64,000 nucleotides of DNA. Origin: an uncultured delta proteobacterium. Lineage in GTDB: Bacteria; Desulfobacterota; Desulfuromonadia; Geobacterales; DSM-12255. The translations under genes and the position numbers were made by a program. The notes under the pieces were generated by a model. That model did no database searches. It saw only the letters and a list, made by a program, of their open reading frames with translations, and was not told the origin of the DNA. Of this stretch, positions 37,274-47,905 are shown piece by piece. Location of the stretch: positions 21,679 through 85,678 of the forward strand of contig CAWBBV010000016.1 of NCBI GenBank assembly GCA_963787125.1, read 5' to 3'. The stretch's first letter is position 1. Each line of letters opens with the position of its first letter.

Positions 37274-37840
37274 ATGGCAATACTGGATGACATAGCCTTT
37301 CTCGAAGGTAATATTGCGGAGCTGATCATCAAATATGAACAGTACTTCCTCGGCATTGAAAAAAGGGAACCGCAAAACCTCTGCGAAGATATAGAGCGCT
37401 TCATCAGGCGCTACAATACCGCCTCGATTGTCAATACAATGCACAAATTCAAGTTTAACACGCTCGTCGGCAAGTTCAACAGCTACAAACAGTACTGGAC
37501 ACGGACAAACCGGCTCATTGAAGAGGGGAAATATTCGCGCGACCGTTTCAAGATGGCACGCCACCTGACTGAAGGTGGGGCTCGTTCACCGCTGGAAACT
37601 CATGAAAGATCCCATGAAAACGACGTGGAAATTGTCTTCCAGCACTATCTTGAGGCGCGCAGGAAGTGTAACCTCCCCACTGAAAATCTCAGCAGAGAGA
37701 CAATGTTCGCTGCGATTGAAAAGCAACGTGAAGCGCTCAAAAGCAAACATCACTGTGCTGATGTCGAGTTTAGGGTGGTAATCGAAGACGGGGCGCCCAA
37801 ACTCAAGGCTAGACCGGCCAAAATTTCTGTGAGCCGTTGA
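37274..37840 (+). CDS. Conserved hypothetical protein (alpha-helical, cytoplasmic)
   Basis: ORF track 37223..37840. ATG 37274 (MAILDDIAFLEG...) has GGAGA upstream. No motif I can name confidently. Confidence 0.6.
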   Translation: MAILDDIAFLEGNIAELIIKYEQYFLGIEKREPQNLCEDIERFIRRYNTASIVNTMHKFKFNTLVGKFNSYKQYWTRTNRLIEEGKYSRDRFKMARHLTEGGARSPLETHERSHENDVEIVFQHYLEARRKCNLPTENLSRETMFAAIEKQREALKSKHHCADVEFRVVIEDGAPKLKARPAKISVSR

Positions 37841-37842
37841 AA

Positions 37843-39729
37843 ATGCCCGTCACCAAAACGCTCAGGATAACTCTTGTCTCAATCCATCCGCTAAAATCTC
37901 CCCAATCCGTCCCACTTGCGGGCGCTTTTCTTGCAGCAGCCCTAAAAGCCGCACCCGACCTTGCCGGGCAGGTGGCTGTAACCGTCATAAACCTGTATGC
38001 AGAGCAGACAGCTGCAGAGTGTGCGGCCGCTGTCAGAGCTACAATGCCGGATATGGCCGGTTTTTCAATCTACGCCTGGAACCGGGCGCTAAGCGTAGCG
38101 ACCGCGAAACTCCTCAAAACAACTAATCCGGAAGTGACCTTATTTTGCGGCGGCGCAGAAGCAACTGCGGATCAGTTCCGACTCCTTTGTGAAGCGCCCT
38201 TTAGCTTTCTGATTCATGGCGAGGGCGAAGCGACCTTGACCAGAGTGGTAAAGCTTCTTTGCCAGGGGGGCAAGATCAGCGGGACTCCAGGCACGGCAGT
38301 CCTTGAAAACGGTAGCTTGAAATCATCTCCGGCACCGGCAGTGCTTGACCTTGAAACCCTCCCCTCGCCACTTCTCAGTAGAGAGATCGACCCTGCAGAT
38401 TACTCCGGGATGCTCTGGCAGATTGCCCGCGGCTGCAGCTTTGCCTGCGATTTCTGTTTTGACGGCGGCGGCAGCCGCAAAGTCAGGCGTTTTCCTCTGG
38501 AACGGATTGCAGCAGAACTACGCTGGTTTGCCACTAACAGGGTCGCCCAGGTCTTTGTGCTCGACTCCACTTTCAATAGCGACCGGGAGCGGGCAGTCAA
38601 AATCCTCAAACTGATCAAAAAAATCGCCCCACAGATTCATTTCCATTTCGAGGTCAGAAGCGAATTCATTGACAGGCAGCAGGCAGAGCTGTTTGCAGCA
38701 ATTACCTGTTCGCTGCAGATAGGGCTGCAGAGTGCCGATGCAGCAGTGCTGAAGCAGTCGGGCAGAAACTTCAGCAAAGCTGATTTTGCTGCCAAAATAG
38801 CCCTGCTCAATGAGACCGGGGCGGTATTCGGCTTCGATCTTATCTACGGACTCCCCGGTGATACTCTTGACGGTTTCAGAAACAGTGTGGATTTTGCCCT
38901 TGGACTCTACCCTAACCATCTCGACATCTTTCCACTGGCACTGCTCCCCGGCACCGTACTTGCGGCACGCAGCGCTGAGCTGCAACTGGCGCACCAGCCC
39001 GCCCCCCCCTACACCCTGACAGCGTCGCCTGCTTTTCCGGAAAAAGATCTGGCCATAGCCGCCAAACTCGCTACTGGCTGCGACACCTTTTACAGCCGCG
39101 GGAAAGCCGTCCCCTGGTTCTTGAGCGCACTTCATCCTCTCACGCTTAGGCCGAGCCGGTTTCTGGAAGATTTTTGCGAATACGTCGAAAAGAGGGGGAT
39201 AAAGCCAAAAGATATCGAAGGATTGAGCGAGGAGAGTATTTTTGACCTTCAGTGCAGCTTCATCTCGGCACTCTTCAGGGCGAAGCGGCTGATAAAGCTA
39301 CTGCCGGCAGCTCTGGACATGATTACCTATAACTATCACTATGCTGCCGCACTGATGGCAACGCCACCGGCGTTGCCTCATCAAGCGCAACTTGAAAAGA
39401 TTGATCCGGCCAAACTACCGCTCAAACTCGCCGGGTCAGCCCGCCTGGCCACTTTCAACTACGAGGTATTGGAAATCCTGGAGTCGGGGATCGCTGATCT
39501 GCGGGAACTGACGGCAACCCTTTCACCGACAGGGTCAACGGCTGTCATCTACCCGAAAGCCGGCGAAGTCCTGACGGAATCACTTTTCGCGGTTTACGCC
39601 AAGCTTCTTGAGCAGCTCGATGGAAGGGAGCAAGCCGGTGTGCATGCAGCAAAACTCGGCATCCCGCCCGAAGATACGGCGGCGTTTCTGGAGTTTGCCA
39701 TGTTAGAGGGGATAGTGACTCAAGAGTAA
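37843..39729 (+). CDS. B12-binding-domain radical SAM protein
   Basis: Track ORF starts at TTG 37837; ATG is at 37843. CxxxCxxC cluster motif ARGCSFACDFC. The N-terminal Rossmann-like region is typical of class B radical SAM enzymes. Confidence 0.8.
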   Translation: MPVTKTLRITLVSIHPLKSPQSVPLAGAFLAAALKAAPDLAGQVAVTVINLYAEQTAAECAAAVRATMPDMAGFSIYAWNRALSVATAKLLKTTNPEVTLFCGGAEATADQFRLLCEAPFSFLIHGEGEATLTRVVKLLCQGGKISGTPGTAVLENGSLKSSPAPAVLDLETLPSPLLSREIDPADYSGMLWQIARGCSFACDFCFDGGGSRKVRRFPLERIAAELRWFATNRVAQVFVLDSTFNSDRERAVKILKLIKKIAPQIHFHFEVRSEFIDRQQAELFAAITCSLQIGLQSADAAVLKQSGRNFSKADFAAKIALLNETGAVFGFDLIYGLPGDTLDGFRNSVDFALGLYPNHLDIFPLALLPGTVLAARSAELQLAHQPAPPYTLTASPAFPEKDLAIAAKLATGCDTFYSRGKAVPWFLSALHPLTLRPSRFLEDFCEYVEKRGIKPKDIEGLSEESIFDLQCSFISALFRAKRLIKLLPAALDMITYNYHYAAALMATPPALPHQAQLEKIDPAKLPLKLAGSARLATFNYEVLEILESGIADLRELTATLSPTGSTAVIYPKAGEVLTESLFAVYAKLLEQLDGREQAGVHAAKLGIPPEDTAAFLEFAMLEGIVTQE

Positions 39730-39753
39730 CAAAAGAACTATTCAATAAACAGT

Positions 39754-41280
39754 TCAAAGCGGCAGTGTAAAAGTAACCCTGGTGCCTTCCTGCTGACGGC
39801 TTTTCAAATTTATTTCTCCGCCATGACCTTCGACAATGTCCCGTACAATACAGAGACCGATCCCCAGTCCACCTGGGGCAGTATTTGATGAATCGGCACG
39901 GAAGAACTTGTCAAAGACGCGACGCACTTCAGTCTCACTCATGCCTATCCCCTGATCACTGACGCAAAAACTCACCATCGCACCGGCCAGTCGAATCTCC
40001 AATGTTACTGTGCCACCTTGCGGTGAATACTTGATGGCATTACAGAGCAGATTCTCCAGCACCTGGATGATCCGCCCGCCGTCACATGAAATTTTTTCAG
40101 GAAGATCCGGGCCGCAGGAGAGTTCCACTACATGCTGCGGCGCACTCCGGCTGAAATAACCAATAACGCGTTCCACCAGCGGCAATAGAGCAATCTTTTG
40201 CCGCACCATCTTCAGCCTGCGGCCAACCTGAATAAGGCTTAAATCGTGCAGATCGTCTATTAAACGCGACATGCTTTCACCATGGGCAGAGATCTCCCGG
40301 GCGAACATTTGCTGACTGTTCAAGTCCGTTCCTTCTTCGGCAAACAGCTCCGCATACCCCATAATGGCTGTCAGGGGGGTGCGGAGCTCATGGGCGGCAA
40401 TAGAGATGAATTCGTCCTTGGCCCGGTCCAGGTCTTGCAGAAACTGCTGACTCCGTTTGTAGGTTATGGCAATGGCAGTCAGCGAAGCGGCTGAAGTGAT
40501 CAGGTCAAGTTCGTCTGGTTGCGGTTCGCGCGGGGTATCGTAGTAGATGGCAAAACTGCCGAGCAGGCTGCCGTCTCCGGCAATAATCGGCTCGGACCAG
40601 CAGGCGCGCATAGGTGTACGGGAAACGAGCCGCCGTGCCCTTTCCCAGTAAGGATGATTCAGAATGTCGGCAACAACTACCCGCTCACGGCGGTATGCAG
40701 CTGTACCGCAGGAGCCGACACCATCACCGATGCGCATCCCCTCAATAGCGTCGCTATAAAAATCAGGAAGACTTGGCGCCGCAGCCTTATGCAGTGTACC
40801 GCGCTCGGCATCCAGTGTCAGAATTGAACAGCGCATCCCCTCGCCAAGTGTCTCAATATAGCGGACTATCGTTTCACAAATCTCGGGGAGACTGTTATCG
40901 TTATAGAGGAGTTCCAGAACCTTCGCGCGCCCTTTTTGGATCTGCTGCTCGAGGTGATCGCTGGTCTGGTCGCGAACCTGAAGAATAAAATTGTCAGCGG
41001 AGTTATCAGTGGATTCGAGTGAAAGAGTACAGGTGTCACCCCAACACAACTGACCGTCACTGGAGAGATAGCGGAGACGAGCCGAAGCATCTGCTTTCGG
41101 GAGTGAATCGTCGGGATGAAGCAGTGTGGAAAGAGGAAGCCCTTCAAGCTGTTGCTCCGAATACCGGGTAAACCGCGTAAAAGCTTGATTAACTCTGGTG
41201 ATACAACCGTTAACATTGACCACTGCATGACCGACCAGAGGGGTGTGAAAGAGGCTGTTAGAGATGTTATTGACTGGCAT
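39754..41280 (-). CDS. PAS-GAF sensor histidine kinase
   Basis: 508 aa; H-box FISIAAHELRTPLTAI, N-box LENLLCNAIKYSP, G-boxes DQGIGM / GGLGIGL. Confidence 0.9.
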   Translation of the reverse strand: MPVNNISNSLFHTPLVGHAVVNVNGCITRVNQAFTRFTRYSEQQLEGLPLSTLLHPDDSLPKADASARLRYLSSDGQLCWGDTCTLSLESTDNSADNFILQVRDQTSDHLEQQIQKGRAKVLELLYNDNSLPEICETIVRYIETLGEGMRCSILTLDAERGTLHKAAAPSLPDFYSDAIEGMRIGDGVGSCGTAAYRRERVVVADILNHPYWERARRLVSRTPMRACWSEPIIAGDGSLLGSFAIYYDTPREPQPDELDLITSAASLTAIAITYKRSQQFLQDLDRAKDEFISIAAHELRTPLTAIMGYAELFAEEGTDLNSQQMFAREISAHGESMSRLIDDLHDLSLIQVGRRLKMVRQKIALLPLVERVIGYFSRSAPQHVVELSCGPDLPEKISCDGGRIIQVLENLLCNAIKYSPQGGTVTLEIRLAGAMVSFCVSDQGIGMSETEVRRVFDKFFRADSSNTAPGGLGIGLCIVRDIVEGHGGEINLKSRQQEGTRVTFTLPL

Positions 41281-41563
41281 CAGAGCAATTTCCTTGTAAA
41301 TGACAGCGGCCTGAATAACATCAAAACATTGTTATTGCTCTAATTAAAAGCAAATTGTGTGCCGACCTCACTGCAGATTTCCAGTCCTGCCACAGACGTA
41401 TCATCAATGAATTTATTCCAGAACCAATAAAGTAGTCGCGTCTCCTTAACCTCTCCAACGAATTACCCTAACTCATCCAGCGGCTTAAGCGCGCTGAAAT
41501 TTGAGACCCGATTTCCAACAGCTGATTGTCCGCACAAGCTATGCTGAAGCTCCTGGATAAGCG

Positions 41564-42643
41564 TCACTGATACTGGATATAAACCGGCTTCGGATTAAGT
41601 TTGAGCAGATCCTGCGGTGTCATGAGCGGATCACCTTTTTTCGTATCGTTATGATAGAAGAGCTTGAAGCCGGTGTACTGCACCGGTTCGGCGACAACAT
41701 ACGCCTTGTAAGAGTCCCGCTTGAGCCAGGGGGCGCCCCAACCGTCCATATGCATGACAATCTGCACTTCCGGCCGCAGGGCAATGTTTTTGGAGTTGGT
41801 TACGCCGTTTTTGGTAAAGCGGTGCACCGTAAAGACCTTTGGCGGCAGGTTGTACTTTTTAACCAGCCCCTGCAGATAACCCGCTGCAAAATTTATATCC
41901 GCGGCATCATAGGTGCCGATCTTGGTTCCCGGTTTCTTGCCGCTGGCAATAAGGTTGAATTCCGGATCCATGCCGAGATGCACGTCAGGATTTTTCAGGA
42001 TCCATTCAAAGCGGGGAAGGAGCGTACGGATATCTTCGTGACCGGTCTGAATGTCGATAAAAAGCAGCGCATTAGCCTCTTTCGCCCAGCCATAAATCTG
42101 ATTAATAGTCGCGTCAGGCATGATCATCCGGTACTTACCGGCTTTGCCGGGCGCCCCTTGGGCGACAACCGCGATCAGATGGAGTGCCGGCTGCACCGGC
42201 AGTGCCGGATCAGCGGCCTGCCAGCGCGCCACCTCGACCTTGAGACGGCTCAGCATCTCATCCTTTGGGTATTCACCTAAAGCACCCATCTTTTTGGAAA
42301 GAGGATTGCCATAATAGGCAACAATCCTTTTTGCCGGCAGGATGGAGCCGGGGAGCAGTGCCGGACTCTTTGGCGGCCAGCCGCTCTGGGTGGCAAATTC
42401 AGGGTCTTCGCCGGCATTGTACCTGATTTTCGGGGCTGCAGCCTTTTTCGTGCCGGCAGAGCTGTGAACATTCAGAACCGCGCTGCTCGCCAGCTTAAAG
42501 GCGGCCGGAGCTTTATTTACCGGAGCTGCCGCTTGCGAGCCGGTTCCGGTCGATTGCTGACAACCGGACGCAAGAATTAAAAAAAGCCCCGATAGGGCCA
42601 GTGTTTGCATTTTTCGACTTTCAAACAGATCTCTTTTCTTCAA
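41564..42643 (-). CDS. Putative lipoprotein, function unknown
   Basis: 359 aa; lipobox LFLILASGC. The start may be the internal MQTLAL. Confidence 0.65.
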   Translation of the reverse strand: MKKRDLFESRKMQTLALSGLFLILASGCQQSTGTGSQAAAPVNKAPAAFKLASSAVLNVHSSAGTKKAAAPKIRYNAGEDPEFATQSGWPPKSPALLPGSILPAKRIVAYYGNPLSKKMGALGEYPKDEMLSRLKVEVARWQAADPALPVQPALHLIAVVAQGAPGKAGKYRMIMPDATINQIYGWAKEANALLFIDIQTGHEDIRTLLPRFEWILKNPDVHLGMDPEFNLIASGKKPGTKIGTYDAADINFAAGYLQGLVKKYNLPPKVFTVHRFTKNGVTNSKNIALRPEVQIVMHMDGWGAPWLKRDSYKAYVVAEPVQYTGFKLFYHNDTKKGDPLMTPQDLLKLNPKPVYIQYQ

Positions 42644-42676
42644 AATTTCCCCTTCATTATTTTCTGTTTTCTGCAG

Positions 42677-43261
42677 TTAAGCCTTGAATTTACTTTCCGT
42701 CCCCTCTTTTAGTCTGTTGATATTCTCGCGATGTTTCCAGACAACCAGCAGCGCCACAATAGCCGTCATTACCACAATCGCCGGCCTTGAATCAAAAACC
42801 GCCACCATCCCCGGCATCGCCACAGCCGCTGAAATCGAACCGAGGGAGATATAGCGCCACTTCCAGACAACCGCGATAAAAATCAGCACTGCAGCGCCAA
42901 CAGCGATCGGAGAGACCGCCAGAAAGACGCCGAGAGCGGTTGCAACCCCTTTGCCCCCTTTGAAACCAAGGAAGATCGTGTAAACATGCCCCAAAAACGC
43001 GGCAAGACCGACTGCCGCAATCCAGGCAGCGCTCATTCCCAGATAGCCGGCGGCAACGACGGGGAGCGCCCCTTTGAGGCAGTCGCCAACAAGGGTCAGG
43101 ATGCCGACCGTTCTGCCGAGAGTCCGGTAAACGTTTGTCGCACCGATGTTGCCGCTGCCGCTGCTCCTTATGTCAACCCCGGCAGCCTTTGCCAGCAAAA
43201 GACCGGTCGGTATCGAGCCGAGCAGGTATGCCGTGATTAGCAGCACTATTTCTCTGGTCAT
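42677..43261 (-). CDS. plsY: Glycerol-3-phosphate acyltransferase PlsY
   Basis: 194 aa; GSGNIGATNVYR and FKGGKGVAT motifs. Confidence 0.92.
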   Translation of the reverse strand: MTREIVLLITAYLLGSIPTGLLLAKAAGVDIRSSGSGNIGATNVYRTLGRTVGILTLVGDCLKGALPVVAAGYLGMSAAWIAAVGLAAFLGHVYTIFLGFKGGKGVATALGVFLAVSPIAVGAAVLIFIAVVWKWRYISLGSISAAVAMPGMVAVFDSRPAIVVMTAIVALLVVWKHRENINRLKEGTESKFKA

Positions 43262-43373
43262 TGATTTGTTCCTGAATTTAATCCCGCTGAGGTCAGCATA
43301 TTATGCCGATTATTACACTCCGATGCAAGCGTGCAATCAGTTCCAGCAAACAGTGCCAGGAATTAACCACGAA

Positions 43374-44579
43374 TTACAGATTACTCTTCAGCCGGTCGTG
43401 CTGCAAAAGCTGCGGGAAAAAACGCATCCAGAAAAGCACCACCAGCAGCGTACCCAGACCGCCGAGCAGCACCGCCGGGACAGCCCCGAACAAGGCGGCA
43501 GTCAAGCCGGACTCGAATTCGCCCAACTCGTTGGAGGTGCCGATGAAGATAGCGTTGATAGCACTCACCCTCCCCCGCATGGCATCCGGTGTTTCCAACT
43601 GCACCAGAGTGGAGCGGATGACCACGCTTATCATGTCCGAGCCACCCAGGATGACCAGCAGCAAAAAGGAGAGCGGCAACCAGCTGGAGAGCGCAAAGCC
43701 GATCGTTGCCAGGCCAAAAACCGTGACAGCCAGATAGAGCGCTTTGCCGACACGCTGCCTGAGCGGATTACGCGCCATCCAGAGTGAAGCCAATAGCGCC
43801 CCGACAGCCGGGCCGGCCCTTAAGAGGCCAAGCCCCCAGGCGCCGGTCTGGAGAATATCCTTGGCATAAACCGGTAACAGAGCGGTGGCGCCACCGAGAA
43901 GAACGGCAAAAAGGTCAAGGGAGATGGCTCCGAAGATCACTGGCCGCTGCCTGATAAAGCTGATTCCAGCAAAAAATGTTGCCAAAGCAAACGGCTCCGG
44001 GGTGCGTGAACGGTGCTGAATCTTCAGCAGAAAGATCATCCCGGCGGAGAAGAGAAAGAGCACGGCACTTGTCAGGTAGACAGTCGCTGCGCCGGCAAGG
44101 TAGAGAAATCCGCCTAGTAGCGGTCCGGAGATGACCGCTGCCTGGCGGACTGAGCCGGCAAGGGCAAGCGCCCGGGGAAGGCTTTCGTTGTCTACCAGAG
44201 ATGGGAGCAGCGTCTGCAGGGTTGTAAATTCAAAAGAGCGGGCTATGCCGACAAAAAACAGCAGAATGAGGATAATGTCCCGGTTCAACCAGCCGCCGCT
44301 GCTCCCCAGGGCTAAGAGGCCCAGAATCAGCGCCATAGCTGTCTGGGCGAAACTGACGATTATCCTGCGGTTGTAGCGGTCAGCGGCATGGCCGACATAG
44401 AGGGCAAGAAAGAGGGCGGGGAGGAACTGCACCAGACCAACCAGGCCGAGATCAAGCACCCGGCCGGTAAGGGCGTAGATATGCCAGCCTACAGCCACTC
44501 CTGTCATCTGGAAAGCGACGGTACCGGCTGCACGGGCAATGATAAATCTGAAAAAAGAGCCCGGCAGAGGCATGTTCAT
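43374..44579 (-). CDS. MFS transporter
   Basis: 401 aa, ~12 predicted TM helices; GHAADRYNRR loop motif between TM2 and TM3. Confidence 0.85.
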   Translation of the reverse strand: MNMPLPGSFFRFIIARAAGTVAFQMTGVAVGWHIYALTGRVLDLGLVGLVQFLPALFLALYVGHAADRYNRRIIVSFAQTAMALILGLLALGSSGGWLNRDIILILLFFVGIARSFEFTTLQTLLPSLVDNESLPRALALAGSVRQAAVISGPLLGGFLYLAGAATVYLTSAVLFLFSAGMIFLLKIQHRSRTPEPFALATFFAGISFIRQRPVIFGAISLDLFAVLLGGATALLPVYAKDILQTGAWGLGLLRAGPAVGALLASLWMARNPLRQRVGKALYLAVTVFGLATIGFALSSWLPLSFLLLVILGGSDMISVVIRSTLVQLETPDAMRGRVSAINAIFIGTSNELGEFESGLTAALFGAVPAVLLGGLGTLLVVLFWMRFFPQLLQHDRLKSNL

Positions 44580-45631
44580 GCTTTTGGTTCATGCAGCTGC
44601 AGCAGTTCCCTCATTTCGGCAGTACAGACCTTCATAACCGCAGCAGTCGGAATCGCCAGAATTATCCCCCAGAAACCCATAAGTTCACCCATTGCCATAA
44701 CTGCAAAGATGACGGCCAGCGGATTGAGCTGTAACGTGTGCCTCATGACCAGCGGCTTTATCAGGTTCCCTTCTATAATGACATTGATAGTGAAGTAGGC
44801 GGCGCAGACCTTGGGAATAATCCAGATATCGCCGCTATTGGCATAGCCGATGAGCGCAGGGGGGATCACCGCTACAACCGCCCCGAGAAACGGTACAATC
44901 GAAGCAAACCCGGCAAAAAAGCCGTTGAGAATCGGGAATTCTATACCAAGCATTGCCAAAGCTATGGAGGTAAGAATGGCAACAATCAGGCAGTCGAAGA
45001 ACATGCCGACAAGGAAACGCTCAAGACTTCTGTTAAGCTCCCGGCCAAGCTCGACAAGATGTTGCCGTTCGTTGTGATGGAACATCCTTCGGACAAAATC
45101 TTTGGCGTGCTGCTTGTAAAGGAGCATGAAAAAAACCAGAATAGGCGCCAAAATAATATTGAATCCAGCATAGAATACTTTTTTAATCTGTCCGAAACTA
45201 AAGTTGGAGATGTAAATCGTCGCCTGTTCGATTGCGTCGGTCATCCGGGAGAGCACCCACGCCCCCTCTTCGCCGCCGTAATAACCGGACATCTGCGTCT
45301 GCCACTTTTCAATAACGGCCTGAAGGCTCCTTATATACACTGGGAGAGCCTTGACAAGGGCATCGATCTGATGGCCGAGATACGGTACGAGCACGAAGGA
45401 GGCCAGAAAAACAGCACATAAAGCCAGGCCGTAAACAAACAGCAGGGCTGTCAAGCGGTCAAAGCCTCTTTTTTCGATCAACTTGAGCGTTGGGTTAACG
45501 AGATAGGCAATAACGAGGGAGGTGAGGATTGCTGAAAAGGTGTGGGCCATAAAATAGCCTGCACCGATAAGAGCCGCAACGGTAAACAGTATGGCGAAAA
45601 ATATCCTGTTTCGCTCTCTTTCGCCTGACAC
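44576..45631 (-). CDS. AI-2E (PerM/YhhT) family transporter
   Basis: 351 aa polytopic membrane protein; conserved C-terminal LNPLAVIFAVMAMGELMGFWGIILAIP. Confidence 0.85.
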   Translation of the reverse strand: MSGERERNRIFFAILFTVAALIGAGYFMAHTFSAILTSLVIAYLVNPTLKLIEKRGFDRLTALLFVYGLALCAVFLASFVLVPYLGHQIDALVKALPVYIRSLQAVIEKWQTQMSGYYGGEEGAWVLSRMTDAIEQATIYISNFSFGQIKKVFYAGFNIILAPILVFFMLLYKQHAKDFVRRMFHHNERQHLVELGRELNRSLERFLVGMFFDCLIVAILTSIALAMLGIEFPILNGFFAGFASIVPFLGAVVAVIPPALIGYANSGDIWIIPKVCAAYFTINVIIEGNLIKPLVMRHTLQLNPLAVIFAVMAMGELMGFWGIILAIPTAAVMKVCTAEMRELLQLHEPKA

Positions 45632-45633
45632 AA

Positions 45634-46683
45634 CTACTCCTTTACAGCAAAATCACCGCGCCGCCAGTGAATGGAGAGTATCTTCAAGGCCGCGGCGATG
45701 GGAATAGCCAGCAATATCCCCCAAAAGCCCATCATTTCACCAAAAGCCATGACGACAATGATGGTCATGAGCGGATTAAGGTTCATCGACTCTTTGAAGA
45801 TCAGCGGTTTTACCAGATAGCCTTCAAGAAAATAGATGGCGGCAAATGCGCCGATAACTTTGAGAATGATTGCCCCGTTCTGGAACTTGATATAGGCAAA
45901 AAAGAGCGGCGGGAGCGTTGCCAGGAAAACCCCTATGAACGGGAGGATCGAGGCGGCTCCGGCAAAAATACCGTTTAGTAACGCATAATCAACATCGAGG
46001 ATGAACAGGGCGATTGTTGAGAATACCGCAACAATGGCTGAAACTATCAGCTGCCCACGGAGATAACCGCCAATGCTGTCGTTTATCTCAACTCCGATTT
46101 TGATGATATGCTCTTTGTGTCTTGGCGGTAGCCAGACTTTCACCCAGTCGATAATCTGCTGCTTGTAGTGAAGCATGAAAAAAACCAGGATCGGCGCCAA
46201 AACCAGGTTGAACAGGTTGAAGGCCAGACTGGAGGCGGCCAGGTAGACCCCTGAGCCAAGCTTGCCGGAAGCGCTGTCAAGCTTGCTGTAGGCAGAGTTA
46301 AGCAGCCAGTCCCACTCGGCAAATGCCGGCGATGAAATAAGCTGACCATGCTGGGCGACAATCAGCTCTTTAGTTTTTTGCAGATAGACAGGGAGAGTCT
46401 GGAGGAGCGAGGTCCAGCGTTCAGCGATAAAGGGAACGATAAAGAAGACCGCAAAAAATGAGAGAACGCCTAGAACCGCATATAGGATTATGAGCGCGTA
46501 GTCCCTTTTGAGCTGGCGTTTCTCCATGATGACCAGAAGGGGATCGAGCAGATAGGCAATCACAAAGGACAACAAAAAACAGGATACCGTATGTTTTATT
46601 GCATAGCCGCCGGCGGCGATCGCAGCAATGACCAGCAAAACGGCGATTGTCCTGAAAAGCGTATGATTCTGATTATCTGCCAT
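45634..46683 (-). CDS. AI-2E (PerM/YhhT) family transporter, tandem paralogue
   Basis: Track ORF runs to 46731; ATG 46683 (MADNQNH) avoids overlap with the upstream gene. LNPLMTIIVVMAFGEMMGFWGILLAIP. Confidence 0.85.
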   Translation of the reverse strand: MADNQNHTLFRTIAVLLVIAAIAAGGYAIKHTVSCFLLSFVIAYLLDPLLVIMEKRQLKRDYALIILYAVLGVLSFFAVFFIVPFIAERWTSLLQTLPVYLQKTKELIVAQHGQLISSPAFAEWDWLLNSAYSKLDSASGKLGSGVYLAASSLAFNLFNLVLAPILVFFMLHYKQQIIDWVKVWLPPRHKEHIIKIGVEINDSIGGYLRGQLIVSAIVAVFSTIALFILDVDYALLNGIFAGAASILPFIGVFLATLPPLFFAYIKFQNGAIILKVIGAFAAIYFLEGYLVKPLIFKESMNLNPLMTIIVVMAFGEMMGFWGILLAIPIAAALKILSIHWRRGDFAVKE

Positions 46684-46690
46684 GGAGTCC

Positions 46691-47128
46691 CTAAAGCAAT
46701 GAACCTGGTGCGTAAATATCATGCTCTTCAAGCCAGGACCTGATCCGGGTATTGAGCATCTCGTCCTTTAATGCGTAGTAGGTTTCCAGTTCATCCGGGT
46801 AAAAGGAGAGGATCTCTTCGGCTTTTCCGTAAGAGTTTTTTCCGGCAAAGGTCCGGTTCAGAACAGCTTTTAGTGTCGAATCAGGGAGACTTTTGATGAA
46901 TTCATGCAGGAACAGTCGCTCCTGTTCATAATCAAAAGAGGGAATCTGCACAAACTGATCACCGCTTGAGTCTATCTGTTGCCAGAAAGCCTCGTCCTCA
47001 TAATCTTCAGGCACAAAAAAGATCTCACCGTTGGCTCTGTCGAGAAAGTAGACCAGTTCAGTTTCCTGATTAAGGAAAGCGTCAATCAACTCATCCCAGA
47101 CAATCTCCATTTCTCGTGCTACCGCCAT
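46691..47128 (-). CDS. Hypothetical cytoplasmic protein (possibly UPF0158-like)
   Basis: Track ORF runs to 47212; ATG 47128 (MAVAREMEIVWDEL) has GAGG upstream. Family assignment is from memory only. Confidence 0.5.
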   Translation of the reverse strand: MAVAREMEIVWDELIDAFLNQETELVYFLDRANGEIFFVPEDYEDEAFWQQIDSSGDQFVQIPSFDYEQERLFLHEFIKSLPDSTLKAVLNRTFAGKNSYGKAEEILSFYPDELETYYALKDEMLNTRIRSWLEEHDIYAPGSLL

Positions 47129-47182
47129 CCAAACCTCACAACCTGCTAGACCTTGGGACATTTTTGCACTATTATTCTGCTC

Positions 47183-47905
47183 ATGCATACAATATTCATT
47201 GCCGACGCCCACTTAAGAAGTCCGGATGACCGAAATTACCGGCTGATGCTCCGCTTTCTTGAGGAAATTCCAGGTAAAGCTGACATGCTGGTAATTGCCG
47301 GTGACTTCTTTGAATTCTGGCTTGGCGATTCACCCGGGGCGTTCCCCCATTACCAGCCGCTGCTGGATGCACTTGCACGAGTGACCTCGCAAGGGGTGAA
47401 ACTTCTCTTTTTTGAAGGCAACCACGACTTCCATCTGGGCAGCTATTTCCGCACCGCTTTCAATGCCGAGGTATACCCTGACTCCGCTGCAATTACCATC
47501 GATGGCAGGCGGCTGTTCATCTGCCATGGCGACCTGATAAACAGGTCTGATTCCGGCTATCTGGCGTTGCGCTTCATCTTCCGCAACCCGCTCACCCGTC
47601 TGCTGGCAAAGATACTCCCTGCTTCAGTGCCGGCCTTTATAGCTGCCAGACTTGGCAAACATTCCAAAGGCAAGCATTCAGCGACTTCTGCCAGGTGGGA
47701 TGTTAGAACGCTGGTCAGAGATTTTGCCGCAGAGCGTTTTGCCGCCGGTTTCGACACTGTCGTGACCGCCCACTACCACCGCCCCTTTCTGGAAAAGAGC
47801 GGCGCACAGACTCTCCTTGCTCTGGGAGACTGGATCACCCAGTTCTCTTACGCTGAATTGATCGATGGCGACCTGACGCTAAAAACATATGAAGAGCCTA
47901 TCTGA
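47183..47905 (+). CDS. lpxH: UDP-2,3-diacylglucosamine hydrolase-like metallophosphoesterase
   Basis: MHTIFIADAHL (D-x-H), IAGDFFEFW (GD), FFEGNHDF (GNHD), CHGD motifs of calcineurin-like phosphoesterases in the LpxH arrangement. Confidence 0.8.
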   Translation: MHTIFIADAHLRSPDDRNYRLMLRFLEEIPGKADMLVIAGDFFEFWLGDSPGAFPHYQPLLDALARVTSQGVKLLFFEGNHDFHLGSYFRTAFNAEVYPDSAAITIDGRRLFICHGDLINRSDSGYLALRFIFRNPLTRLLAKILPASVPAFIAARLGKHSKGKHSATSARWDVRTLVRDFAAERFAAGFDTVVTAHYHRPFLEKSGAQTLLALGDWITQFSYAELIDGDLTLKTYEEPI

